Shown here in pieces: positions 52,926-64,000 of a stretch of 64,000 nt of DNA. The stretch's first letter is position 1. Each line of letters opens with the position of its first letter. Location of the stretch: the NCBI GenBank assembly GCA_038087875.1, contig CM075999.1, forward strand, positions 3,474,001 to 3,538,000, in the 5' to 3' direction. The notes beneath the pieces were generated by a model that was not told where the DNA came from, searched no databases, and saw nothing but the letters and a program-made list of their open reading frames with translations. The translations under genes were made by a program, and so were the position numbers. This stretch comes from Malacoraja senta. Taxonomy: Eukaryota.

Positions 52926-53279
52926 AGGGCCTGTCCTACCTACGCGATCTTTTTTCGGCGACTAGCCGGCACCCGTCATGGTCGCAGCAGGTGGCCGAAA
53001 AATGTCAAAATGTTGAAAATCCAGCGGCGACCAGTAAAAGGTGTAGACTATACACAATAGGTGCAGGAGTAGGCCATTCGGCCCTTCGAGCCAGCACTGC
53101 CATTCAATGTGATCGTGGCTGATTATCGACTCTTTGGGTGACTACTCACGACCATACAGGCGTCACATGTCGACATGTCGCAGGGTGACGCCTGTATGGT
53201 GGTGAGTAGTCGCCCAAAGAGTCCTACCTTTTTCTGGTCTCCGCTGGATTTTCAACATGTTGAACATTTTCGGAGACCA
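52926..53279. mobile_element. Harbinger-type fold-back MITE, right end missing, interrupted by a CR1 tail
   Basis: AGGGCCTGTCCTAC start; internal palindrome 53128-53160 / 53183-53223; CR1 tail at about 53044-53125. Confidence 0.65.
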
Positions 53280-53915
53280 TTTATTGTTACAGGTATGCAT
53301 CACCACCTGTGCTAGAAACAGCTTTGTATTTTTAAAAAAGGCACAGAGTGCTGGAGTAACTCAGCGGGTCAGGCAGCATCTGTGGAGAACATGGATACGC
53401 AACATCACCTGTGCAAGTTCCCCAGAGATGCTTATACATCAGCATCTGCGGTGCCTCTGGCATCATGGTCCAGGGATTCTCAGTCGGGCCACCAATGTAC
53501 AGAAGGCATATCATCCACAGAATGTGTTCAAGTTCATTGGCAAAAGGCAGAAAGTGTAAACACAAAGTACATTAGAGTGAGGGTCGTATTAACCAAGAGT
53601 TTGACTGAAGACATTTTATTGCCCTTGGCCAGTGTTTGATTGTCGGAGCAGAGTGGTCTACTGGACACATCCCTCTCCTAGTTACCGTTGTGCCACATGG
53701 TCTATTCCACTAGGAGATATGGGGAGAAGGCAGGAACGGGGTACTGATTGTGGATGATCGGCCTTGATCACATTGAATGGCGGTGCTGGCTTGAAGGGCC
53801 GAATGGCCTACTCCTGCACCTATTGTCTATTGTCTACACCAACATCGATCACTGGCGAGAACATGTCTGTCTCTCCCCCATGGCCAAAGGGAGAAGGTTA
53901 ACAATTGATCATTAA

Positions 53916-54096
53916 AGGGCCTGTCCCACTTGCGCGTCACGCAGATGGCGCGCAAAGATTTTGTACATTACAAAATCCTGGGGCGCCGCGCGCGTCACTG
54001 CCTACGTCACCACGCACCTTGCGCGCGTAATGCGTCGTGACGCGTAAATGATGACGCGTAAATTACGCGCAAATGACGCCCAAGTGGGACGGCCCT
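53916..54096. mobile_element. PIF/Harbinger-type MITE, 181 bp
   Basis: TIR AGGGCCTGTCCCACTTG / CAAGTGGGAC-GGCCCT with TAA TSD at 53913-53915 and 54097-54099. Confidence 0.88.
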
Positions 54097-55598
54097 TAAT
54101 TTTGCTTGTTTGTTGATCACTTACGATTGTTCGGTTCCGTCCAGTTTAGTGTCACATGTACCGAGGTACAGTGAAAGCTGCTTGTTGCCTGTACTAAAAT
54201 AATGCTGTCTGGCAAGTGATTTGTTCGATCCTGTGCGTCAACGTGAAGCTGCATGTGTGGCGATCCAATTAAATAAACACATCCTTCGGAAACCTCGCAT
54301 CCACACATTTGCTTCCTCTGCAGAAGCAGCCCTTTGTGGAAATATTCACAATTTCTGGACAAATTTCCGCTGGCCGGTTCGCACGGGACAAAAGCTTTTC
54401 ATTGTACCTCGGTACACCTGACAATAAACTCAACTCTAACTGAGGTCTTCAACCATGGAGACGCTTGTCAGACTAAGGCAGCTGAGAAATAAACATCTGT
54501 AAACCCTATGCTTATAAAGCCTCAGAATTCTCCACATTTATTTTCGTTGAATTTTCTATCAACAACAAGTGTGGTTTTGCAACATGGTCTTGGCTTAAGT
54601 ATCATCAGCCGTCCATGATGGGTTTGGTCAAGGCTTTAGCCATCCATGGTGGGCCTGGTCAAGGGAGTTTACCTGGACTCTCTGCTGGTCAGTCTACTTC
54701 CACAAAAAGGTGTATAAGATCGTGAAGGGGAATAGATCAGGTCACTGCACAGAGTCTTCTACACAGAGAAGGGGAATCAAGAACCAGAGGACATCGGTTT
54801 AAGGTGAGGGGGGAAAGGTTTAATAGGAACCCAAGGGGCAGCTTTTTTACACAAAGGGTGGAGGGTAAATGGAACGAACTGCCAGATGAGGTAGTTGAAT
54901 ATAGACACAAAAAGCTGGAATAACTCAGCGGGTCAGACAGCATCTCTGGAGAAAAGTATTTTCGGTTTAAAGCAACATCTGCAGTTCCTTCCTACACAGA
55001 GGAGGTTGTTGGGGCAGGTACTGTCACAACATTTTAAACATATTTGCATACATGGATAGGACAGGCTTGGAGGGATATGGGCCAAACGTAGGCTGGTGGG
55101 ACTAGTGTAGGTGAGGCATGTTGGCCGGTGTGGGCAAGTTGGGCCGAAGGGCCTGTTTCCACGCTGTGTCACTCTATGCAAACATATTTCCACCATTGAC
55201 TTACCTTGACTTTCCACAGGTGGACCTGGCAACTATTCCACATTAACTTCCTTGGTGAAACGGCGATATACCTAATTGGTTGAAGGAAGACTCTGTGAAA
55301 GCTGCAGCATAGTTGACTTGCGATATCATCTTCAAGGCTTCACTTGCTGTCTGTACGGAATTTGTACGTTCTCCCCGTGACCGTGTGGGCTTTCTCCGGG
55401 TGCTCCGGTTTCCTCCCACTCTCTAAAGACGTACAGGTTTGTAAGTTAGTTTGGTTTCGTTAAAAGTTGTGCATTGTCCCTAGTGTGTTGTGGGATAGTG
55501 TTAGTGTATGGGGATCATCATAAAACATCGTCAAAGCTCAAGAATCACTTTGCTCTTTGTTCACTTTCAATGCTGGGAGCTGGAATGGATAGAGTCTG

Positions 55599-55771
55599 TT
55601 TAAGAAGGAACTGCAGATGCTGGAAAATCGAAGGGAGACAAAAATGCTGGAGAAACTCAGCGGGTGCAGCAGCATCTAGGGAGCGGGCCTTTCGGCCCGA
55701 AACGTTGCCTATTTCCTTTGCTCCATAGATGCTGCTGCACCCGCTGAGTTTCTCCAGCATTTTTGTCTACC
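55599..55771. mobile_element. Fold-back PLE-pLTR insertion
   Basis: 14-bp TSD ATGGATAGAGTCTG at 55585-55598 and 55772-55785; second arm starts at TTTCGGCCCGAAACG. Confidence 0.85.
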
Positions 55772-57177
55772 ATGGATAGAGTCTGGAATGGATAGAGTTC
55801 AAAGAGTCACAATGCAGGGTAACAGGCCCTTCAACCCAACTCATCCATGCTGACCAAGGTGCCCCATCTAAGCCAGTCCCCTTTGGTCACTCTTGGCCCA
55901 TATCCCTCTAAACCTTTCCCATCCATTCCCAGCGTTGCCAAGTTTTGGACCACCATTGAGAGAATGCTGCTTCATACCTTTATTCAGGTGCACCATTTTA
56001 CCCAAGCAGAATGCAGGAAGATGAGGCACTCTTTATCAAGGGCATGGGCGGTCCTGTCCTCTGGGGTGACAGGGGGGGCTGTAAACAATTACTGGTACTG
56101 TGATTAGGTTGTTCCCATTTTAGCACAGGGTCAAGATACAAGATCTTGGGCTGGAACTGAGGCAGGATCCAAACCATCTGAGAGCGAAACACAAAAAGCT
56201 GGAGTAACTCAACGGGTTCAAATGTGCTTTCTTTGTCACGTTTGCATATAGTACACATGCAGGCATGGCCATTATTCAAAGTCCGGTCGTCCCGAGCGCT
56301 CGCTGCACTGGAGCAGTTTCTGCAAACCGACTGTCCCTGTCCCTCTCCTCTCCTGGCCCGGCCATCCTTGTGTCATCTCCTGCAGCCGACTTATTCCGGC
56401 TCACCCTCCCACCGGCCCCGGCTCCTCGCGGCCGGCAGCACCTCTGGAGGACATGGATAGGTGATGTTTTGGGGTTGGAACCCTTCTTCAGACTGGAGTC
56501 TGAAGATCCCAGCCTGAAGAAAGGTCCCAACTCGAAATGTCACCTATTCCCTCTCTCCAGAGATGCTGCCCGAGCCGCTGTTACTCCAGCACTTTGTGTC
56601 TATCTTTGGTTTAAACCAACACCTGCAGTTCCTTCCTCCGCTGTCTGATGGCAAGGTGGAGTTACTGGATTGGTCCCAGGTGCCACTGGCTACTGACCTG
56701 GAGATACATGATTGATTCCAACCACAGAAAATACAGGGAATTAAATAAATGTGGACTAAAATATCACTGTCAGAAAAGCCCCACAAACATCCGGTACAGG
56801 TTGCGAGATCCTTCTTCAGACCTTCAACCAGTATCTGCAGTCCATTCCTTCACATTTCGTCTCAAAGTTCACAGTAAGTTTTTACAAATACCTCACATGG
56901 TTTTAATTGATAACTATTTAGTTGATCAAAGTTATTTCCCAAAACATTGCTGTTTGGGAAAAGATCTAGAAAACTAGAAAGTTTTATTCCTTGAGCCTTC
57001 AATTTGTTTATGTGCTTTTAATCTTATGATCGTTGCTTGTGAAAGACATGAAATCTTTGGAAAGATCTGTCAAAGGAAAAGCAATTCTTCACATCTGCAC
57101 TGTCAATTATAGTGGACATAGATAAACAAACCATCAGAATTGGACGCACAGTCTGATGACTTGATCCAAAACATCAT

Positions 57178-57377
57178 CTGTCCATTCCCTCCACAGATGC
57201 TGCCTGACCCGCTGAGTCTGTCCATTCCCTCCACAGATGCTGCCTGACCCGCTGAGTCTGTCCATTCCCTCCACAGATGCTGCCTGACCCGCTGAGTCTG
57301 TCCATTCCCTCCACAGATGCTGCCTGACCCGCTGAGTCTGTCCATTCCCTCCACAGATGCTGCCTGACCCGCTGAGT
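57178..57377. repeat. Perfect 40-bp tandem repeat x5
   Basis: CTGTCCATTCCCTCCACAGATGCTGCCTGACCCGCTGAGT, part of the PLE pLTR; no spacers. Confidence 0.97.
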
Positions 57378-57685
57378 TCCTCCAGCACTTTGTGTTTTGG
57401 GTCACATTAGAGGATCGCTCTTAGACAATAGACAATAGGTGCAGGCGTAGGCCATTTGGCCCTTCGAGCCAGCACCGTCATTCAATGTGACCTTGGAGAA
57501 GTACTTATTGAAAAAGAATACTGGAATATCATTGAAATATATTAATATCATGTAAAGATGTATTGATGTAACGTTTTACTCCTGACCAAGTCTAGGTTGG
57601 GATTTGTACGATTCCTCTCTCCTCCCACATCACGGGTAACATCGATGGATTCGACCTTCCATCAACAAGATGACAACTTCAAGCA

Positions 57686-57849
57686 GTAGACACAAAATGC
57701 TGGAGTAACTCAGGCAGCATCTGTGGAGAGAAGGAATGGATGACATTTCTGGTCGAGACCCTTCTTCAGACTTGACCTCCTTGAGTTACTCCAGCTTGTT
57801 GTGTCCATCTTCGCCTTGGACCAGCATCTGCAGTTCCTTCCTACACATT
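57686..57849. mobile_element. Fold-back PLE-pLTR insertion
   Basis: TSD ACAASTTCAAGCA at 57673-57685 and 57850-57862. Confidence 0.8.
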
Positions 57850-59715
57850 ACAAGTTCAAGCAAATCTATTCCAGATACCCTTACTAGTTTTTATTTAAGG
57901 TGGGGGATTTAGCAAATCTATGAAAGCATCTTGAAAGGTCACAAAGTGCTGGAGTAACTCAGCAGGTCAAGCAGCATCTGTGGAGAAGGTCGATAAATTA
58001 CGCAAAATGCTGGAGTAACTCAGCGGGACAGGCAGCATCTCTGGAGAGAAGGAATGGGTGACATTTCTGGTCGAGACCCTGAAGAGTGAAGAAAGGTCTC
58101 GACCCTGGAACGTCACCCATTCCTTCTCTCCAGAGGTGCTGCCTGTCTGTCCCGCTGAGTTACTCCAGCTTTTTGCGTCTATCTTCGGTCAAAACCAACA
58201 TCTGCAGTTCCTTCCGACATAAATGACGTCTTTGGGTCGAGACCCTTCTTCAGAAACTCGAGGCATTTTAAAGGTAGCTGAGGAATTGAAAATGGCACCA
58301 GTTGTAAGGGACAGACACAAATGACTTTGCTCTTTATTTGTGGTGGGAAACTGCAAATATTCTCACACCCAACATGAAATACTTTCACATTCGTTAATGT
58401 TGATTGTCATTGTTTGCTCAAAATGCGAACATCCGTGTCAAATTGTCAGACAAGTACTGTGATTACAGCCCTCTTGCACATTGCTCCATGTATTCTGTTT
58501 CTACCTCAATTCTCACCGCGTGACCACCAGATACCACATTCAGTTCATGAAAGCAAATAAGAAACAGCTGCCCAAAGTGTCACCACCCCACACCTCCTCC
58601 TCCCCAGTACCCGGTCACTATTTTTTGGGGATGCTTTTCCAAATAAAAGGCATTAAATGAATGGAACTCATAATAAGGTTGCTCGCGTCAATCGGAAACT
58701 CGTCTGTATATTAATTGAGTCAAAAGCCCCTTCAGTAGATCTTAGTTCAATACATTTGGAAAGACTATTTCAGAGGGAGTCATTCTACCAACTTTATATT
58801 TGATATCTTAAGAGGCGCTAATGTTTTACTGAAAACTTCTTTTAACGGTGGACTGTTTAACATTACTTCAACCTAATCCTTTTAGTGCGGATTCCATTAT
58901 TTTATCAAGGGAGCACTGGCTATTCATTTAAGGAGTTTCATAATCTCAGTAAGCGAAAGTATTTTAAAGTCATTATGATTATTGGTGTAATGTAGGGAGT
59001 GGACCAGCCAAATGCCAATGGAATAAATGGCCAGATATTCAGGAGTTATAGAGCAGAGAAACAGGCCCTTCAGCCCAACTCAACCATGCCACGATAGGCC
59101 CATATTTGGCCTATATTCTTCTAGATCTTTTCCTATCCATGTATCTGTCCAAGTGTCTTTTAAATGTTGTTTGTAGTCCCTGCCTCAACTACCTCCTCTG
59201 GCAGCTCACTCCATACATCCACCACGCTCTCTATGTGAAAATATTGTCCCTCAGGTTCCTACTGAATCCTTCCCCTCTCATCTAAGACCTGTGTCCCTGG
59301 TTCTTGGTTCCTCTACCATGGGTCAAAGACTCTGTGCATTCACCCTATCAAGTCCCCTCGTGTGGACTGAGGGACTAGTATTGACCCACACACAGAGCAA
59401 AATAACATTCGCACAACCTTGGCTTACAGACAGGATCACCATTCGATATCTCATCCGAAAGGTGATACTAAAAACAGTTTATCAGTTCCCTCTGCCGTAC
59501 ACTGCATCCCAGACTGAGCAGTGTGGACTGGGCTCAAAGCCAGGACGTGCTGAATTAAACTTACTGACTTAGTCTTGTATTGGTTATTGTCCTGGTGCTG
59601 ATAGACTAACCGGCTTACAATTGCGTGGCTCAGAATTCTCACCCTTCACATAGCATCAGATGGCAAACTGCTGATTTCTAGTGCAAAAACCCCTCAAACT
59701 GCTGGAAGAGTTTTT

Positions 59716-59820
59716 TGGTTGTAAGCTGCCCAAGTGGAGTACAAGGTGCTGGTTGTAAGCTGCCCAAGTGGAGTACAAGGTGCTGGTTGTAAGTTGTCCA
59801 AGTGGAGTACAAGGTGCTGG
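59716..59820. repeat. 34-bp tandem repeat x3 within a minus-strand PLE endonuclease remnant
   Basis: TGGTTGTAAGCTGCCCAAGTGGAGTACAAGGTGC. Confidence 0.9.
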
Positions 59821-60711
59821 TCCTCCAGTTTGCATGTGGCTTCACTCTGGCAATGGAGAAGGCCCAGTACTGAGAGGCCAAGTGTGGGAATGGGAAGGGG
59901 AGGTAAAATAGTTAGCAGTTGGGAGATCCCACAAGACTAGGTGGATAGAACGTCCACTCTCACTGGCTTCTATTCCGTTGATATCTGCTGGTGATTTTAC
60001 TCACAGGGCCTCAGAATCACAATGCTACTGGAACTGAACACTAAAGCACGAGGTCAATGTCTTACTGTTGGGAAATTCTAGATCATTAGCAGCAGGTTCA
60101 GGGTCCATGGCTGAAGGGCTCCAGTGCTCAGCTCCTCCATGCCAACGCATCATTGCTTGTGGAAGTTCATTAGTGATCGGAGCAGAATTAGGCCATTCAG
60201 CCCATCGAGTCTACTCTGCCATTCAATCACGGCGGAACTATCTCTCCCTCTCAACCCCATCTTCTCCCCATAACCGCTGACACCCGTACTAATCAAGAAT
60301 CTGTTAATCACCGCCTTAAAATATATCTATTGGCCTCCACAGCTGTCTGTGGCAATGAATTCCACATATTCACCGACTAAAGAAATTCCTCCTCCTCTCC
60401 TTTCTAAAGGTACGTCCTTTTATTCTGAAGCTGTGACCTCTGGTCCTAGACTCTCCCACTAGTGAAAACATCCTGGCCGGCATCAAGGATTGACAAGTTT
60501 CATACCCCATCACTAAAATAACAAGACCAATACTCTTGGCTCCAGTCCTTACCATTGGAAAGGATTAAGTTCCAATGAAGCTGAGGAAGCCATTGGCGTG
60601 GGAGACCAGCAGTAGATCAAATTCAAAGGCTTCTGGCGGTAAGATTTCTGCCATGGCAGGACATAGGACACAAGGACTTCTGGTCTCTAACAGTGGTGTT
60701 ATCAATGGATT

Positions 60712-61103
60712 GACTGGGCTCGTATTTAGAAGGATGAGAGGTGATCTTCAAGAAACATAATTTTTCTTAAGGGATTAGACAGGCTAGATGCAGGACAAAT
60801 GTTCCCGATGTTGGGGGAGTCCAGAACTAAGGGGTAGGTCATTTAGGACTGAGATGAGGAAAAGCTTTTTCACCCAGAGAGTTGTGAATCTGTGGAATTC
60901 TCTGCCACAGAAGGCAGTGGAGGCCAATTCACTGGATGTTTTCAAGAGAGTTAGATTTAGCTCTTAGGGCTAACGGAATCCAGGGATATGGGGAAAAAGC
61001 AGGAATGGGGTACTGATTGTGGATGATCAGCCGTGATCATATTGAATGGTGGTGCTGGCTCGAAGGGCCAAATGGCCGACTCCTGCATCTATTTTCTATG
61101 TTT
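60712..61103 (+). mobile_element. CR1 3' fragment
   Basis: RRMRGDL.ET, MFPMLGESRT, LWNSLPQKAVEA and tail. Confidence 0.85.
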
Positions 61104-61268
61104 CAAACCTCCAAAGCTGACCACAATGTGAAGATGTGAAAGGAATCATTCGATTCCTGGGGAGAAACTTGTGGGAAGTGTCAGTGTCTGGAATTAAATG
61201 TCATAAGTTTATTTAGAGTTGGAGCAGGAGGTGGTGACAGACAAGAGTCAGCAACCAATGACCGTATA

Positions 61269-61474
61269 GATAGACACAAAGTGCTGGAGTAACTCAGCGG
61301 GACAGGCAGCATCTCTGGAGCGAAGGAATGGGTGACGTTTCAGGCCGAGACCCCTTCTTCAGACCCAAAACGTCACCCATTCCTTCTCTCCAGAGATGTT
61401 GCGTGTCCCGCTGAGTTACTCCAGCATTTTGTATCCATCTTTGGCTCAAACCAGCATCTGCAGTTCCTTCCTGC
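61269..61474. mobile_element. Fold-back PLE-pLTR repeat
   Basis: Arms meet at CTTCTTCAGA / CCCAAAACGTC (about 61363). Confidence 0.8.
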
Positions 61475-61789
61475 CGATGACCAGATTCTCAATTGCCTTC
61501 TGAGTGGCCTTGACAAGTGCCGTGGTAGAAGCAACAAGGACTATTCCAAGTGGCCGGTGGGACCAGTGATTGTGCACACCTCACTTGGTTCATTTTATAG
61601 TTTCAATATAAATAAGCAGAAGAGATGCCCCTATATCTGGAGGGAAATCCGATTTGTACCGTGAACAGCAAGCTGCCTGGCGATATTTATCGAGCACGTG
61701 AGCAAAAGTTCATTCCTTGCAGAGATTAGGGGGGAAGGGGGTGGAGGGGGGGAAGCAAGCAGAATAATTAATCTACAGCATTGCTGGTC

Positions 61790-63168
61790 TGTATTTTATG
61801 TGGACTGAACTTCACGCACAGGCAGTCACTGGCTACAACTTCAAGAACACAGAATGTCAAGACGATTTGTTTAAAAAATGGTTAAAAATGTTCATATTTT
61901 TTTTCACAGGAACCACTCAGTAAACAGATCAAATCAGGCAGTCAACAGAAATGACACCCTGAGCTCATATTCATCTGTACTCTGAAATCAGCATATATAA
62001 TACTGCATCTTACAAATAAAAAGTCCATACGAAATTGTTTTACAAAGATATATCTTTGGGTGCACACCTGCATGAAGGCAAAAAAATGTGCGGAAAATTA
62101 ACCTTGCAACCTCACGACAACACTACAGGTAGGTACAGAGTACAATAAAAACACATCTTAAATAAAACATTATATACATTAAATATGTTAGAACTGTCAT
62201 TCTCCAGGCAAATATCTCAGTGCATTTTCCACGCACTTATTATAATGATATAAAGAATTTACAGATACATCTGTACAAGGACATAAACTGCTGGTGCCCT
62301 GTTGACACGCCTACTCTCTCCTTGGTTAAATACTGTTTATAAAAAACTGTACATTTCGTTTTTATTTAAAAAAAAACATATGTATTTATAATAAGACAAC
62401 ATGTATTGTCACTGCATAATGAGGTGACAGAGAAAACGCATCAAAGAGATGTTGACACCTTCGCTACTTCAGCAATCTTTTGCTGCCTCCCAAGCAATTA
62501 TTGAGCTGCCAAAACACTAACGGCATGGCAGTTCAGTGCCCCATGTTCTCTCGCCCGCTCTCTCTCTCTCTCTCTCTGGTAATCTGAAGGAAAATGAGTA
62601 AAGAATTAGTGCGATCCTTTCCCTTCATCATCCCCTAATTTTTTTTGCCACTCTCTTCGAAAAAAAAAAAAAAAAAAAACCCCAAAAGGTCCGGTGCATT
62701 TCCTCTGTTGCCCTTCGTCCGCCCGTCAGCTGGGTTATGTGCAATGCTCGTTCCTTCCAGACGCTGTTTCAGGTTCGAGGCAGCAAGCTCACTGATATTT
62801 CCAGGTTAAAAAAAAACAGTTTCCAGAGACAACAGGGAAAATGGCATTTCAGCAAAATATGTGCATGGCAATTTTACAGTATCTCCAACGGGATACGTGC
62901 CGTGTCCTCGTCAGGCTCCACAAAGGAACCACACACACTCACACACACAGTTCTCAAAGCCTTAAACTGAAAGATCACAAAGTGAGAAGTCATATTTACA
63001 CTGTACAAGCTTTATACCCACCAGCTGAACAAGTGCATCCAAATACCTCATTTTTGTTGCTGTGTAAAAGATGGATAGTGTATGAGAGAGAATCAGCATT
63101 TTTGCAGCCAGTTTTTATGTATTTTTTGTTTCAAACGTGAATGTAGCGACGGCCTCTGTTCCGCTGCG
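61790..63168 (-). promoter_or_regulatory. Probable 3' UTR of the minus-strand gene (distal end uncertain)
   Basis: Transposon-free; U-rich on the minus strand; Pumilio-type TGTAHATA at 62171-62178 and 62993-63000; AATAAA (minus strand) at 62361-62366. Confidence 0.6.
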
Positions 63169-63366
63169 TCAAAGTGCAATGTCCGCATCCTTCGCTCCGC
63201 TCCCCACAGTTTGCTGTGATTGTCTCTGCAGATCCACACTTCGCATGTCTCTAAAGTCAAACTCCAGTCCTCCTGAATCAGTCACTTCACCACAAAAACC
63301 CTCCAATGAATTCATGCAGATAATGTGCCTTCCGACTTGCTCCACCAAGCCCTTGAACCGATCATC
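63169..63366 (-). CDS. Probable terminal coding exon of an unidentified host gene (65 aa if phase 0)
   Basis: Acceptor TTGTTCCTTGTGTTTCAG ends at 63367; frame DDRFKGLVEQVGRHIICMNSLEGFCGEV..AKDADIAL stop; followed by UTR-like sequence. An alternative phase gives MIGSRAWWSKSEGTLSA stop. Confidence 0.55.
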   Translation of the reverse strand, partial: DDRFKGLVEQVGRHIICMNSLEGFCGEVTDSGGLEFDFRDMRSVDLQRQSQQTVGSGAKDADIAL

Positions 63367-63414
63367 CTGAAACACAAGGAACAAGTTGAACTATATCGCC
63401 CACGAAATGCAAAA

Positions 63415-63957
63415 ACTGCTCAACACTTTAACTCCCCCCCCCCCCCCCCCCATTCCCACACTGACATTTCTGTCCTGGGCCTCCTCCATTGTCAGAGTGA
63501 GGCCCAACGCAAATTGGAGGAACAGCACCTCATATTTCGCTTGGGCAGCTTACAGCCCAGCGGTATGAACATTGACTTCTCTAACTTCAAGTAACCTCTG
63601 CATTCCCTCTCTCTCCATCCCTCCCCCACCCTAGTTCTCTGACCAGTCTGCCTGTCCACCCGGTTAAACTTTATCTCTGTCTGCTTTGTTGTCAACTTCT
63701 CCTAGCTAACAATGATCTATTCTACATTTTCCTTGAGCTTCGTCCCCTTTGATCTCTCATTTTCACACCTTACCCTTCCTTATCTCCGTGTCGCCCTCTC
63801 CCCTGACTCTCAGTCTGAAGAAGGGTCTCGGCCAGAACCGTAACCCATTCCTTCTCTCCCGAGATGCTGCCTGACCCGCTGAGTTACTCTAGCTTCTTGT
63901 GTCTATCTTCAGTGTAAACCAGCATCTGCAGTTCCTTCCTGCACATTTCCTTCCTAC
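63415..63957 (+). mobile_element. PLE GIY-YIG C-terminus plus complete 3' pLTR
   Basis: AQHFNS..SHTDISVLGLLHCQSEAQRKLEEQHLIFRLGSLQPSGMNIDFSNFK stop; degenerate ribozyme motif at about 63815-63842. Confidence 0.88.
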
Positions 63958-64000
63958 ACTGCCCCACTGTGAAATCTCCTCAAGGTATGCCTTCTTTGAA

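Noticed and set aside
57178..57377. CRISPR-like array
   Set aside because: Units are contiguous with no spacers, derive from a retroelement repeat, and no cas genes are present in this eukaryotic context
62014..62166. Plus-strand polyadenylation signals (AATAAA x3) suggesting a plus-strand gene end
   Set aside because: Better explained as U-rich TTTATT tracts of the minus-strand UTR; no plus-strand terminal exon seen nearby
63325..63594. Plus-strand ORF apparently fusing unique sequence to a GIY-YIG tail
   Set aside because: Chance read-through from the antisense of the host exon into a PLE fragment; the catalytic GIY-YIG motif is absent

Overview
Repeat-dominated vertebrate genomic DNA. 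The repeat set points to a cartilaginous fish, probably a skate or ray (inference): HE1-type V-SINEs, CR1 LINEs, Rex1/Babar tails and abundant Penelope-derived short repeats. There are two 200-N assembly gaps. Main elements: several CR1 LINEs, including a 3.3-kb frameshifted copy with ORF1 esterase tail, APE and RT; an L2 RT fragment; a complete Passport-like IR/DR Tc1 transposon (DD34E) interrupted by a CR1; a young Neptune-type Penelope-like element (PLE) with an uninterrupted RT + GIY-YIG frame; PIF/Harbinger MITEs; and a 4.2-kb (TG)n/GTGCATGCAC satellite inside a hAT-like shell. The only convincing host-gene piece is a minus-strand terminal exon with a long 3' UTR at the right end (gene not identified). 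The most interesting signal is a minimal hammerhead-ribozyme motif, CTGANGA-A-GGGT-tetraloop-RCCC-GAAAC-GTY, carried by the short Penelope-derived repeats. Many of these repeats are fold-back insertions of about 140-245 bp with 12-16-bp target-site duplications (TSDs), and the inversion point repeatedly falls in or next to the ribozyme. All calls are by eye; no searches were run.
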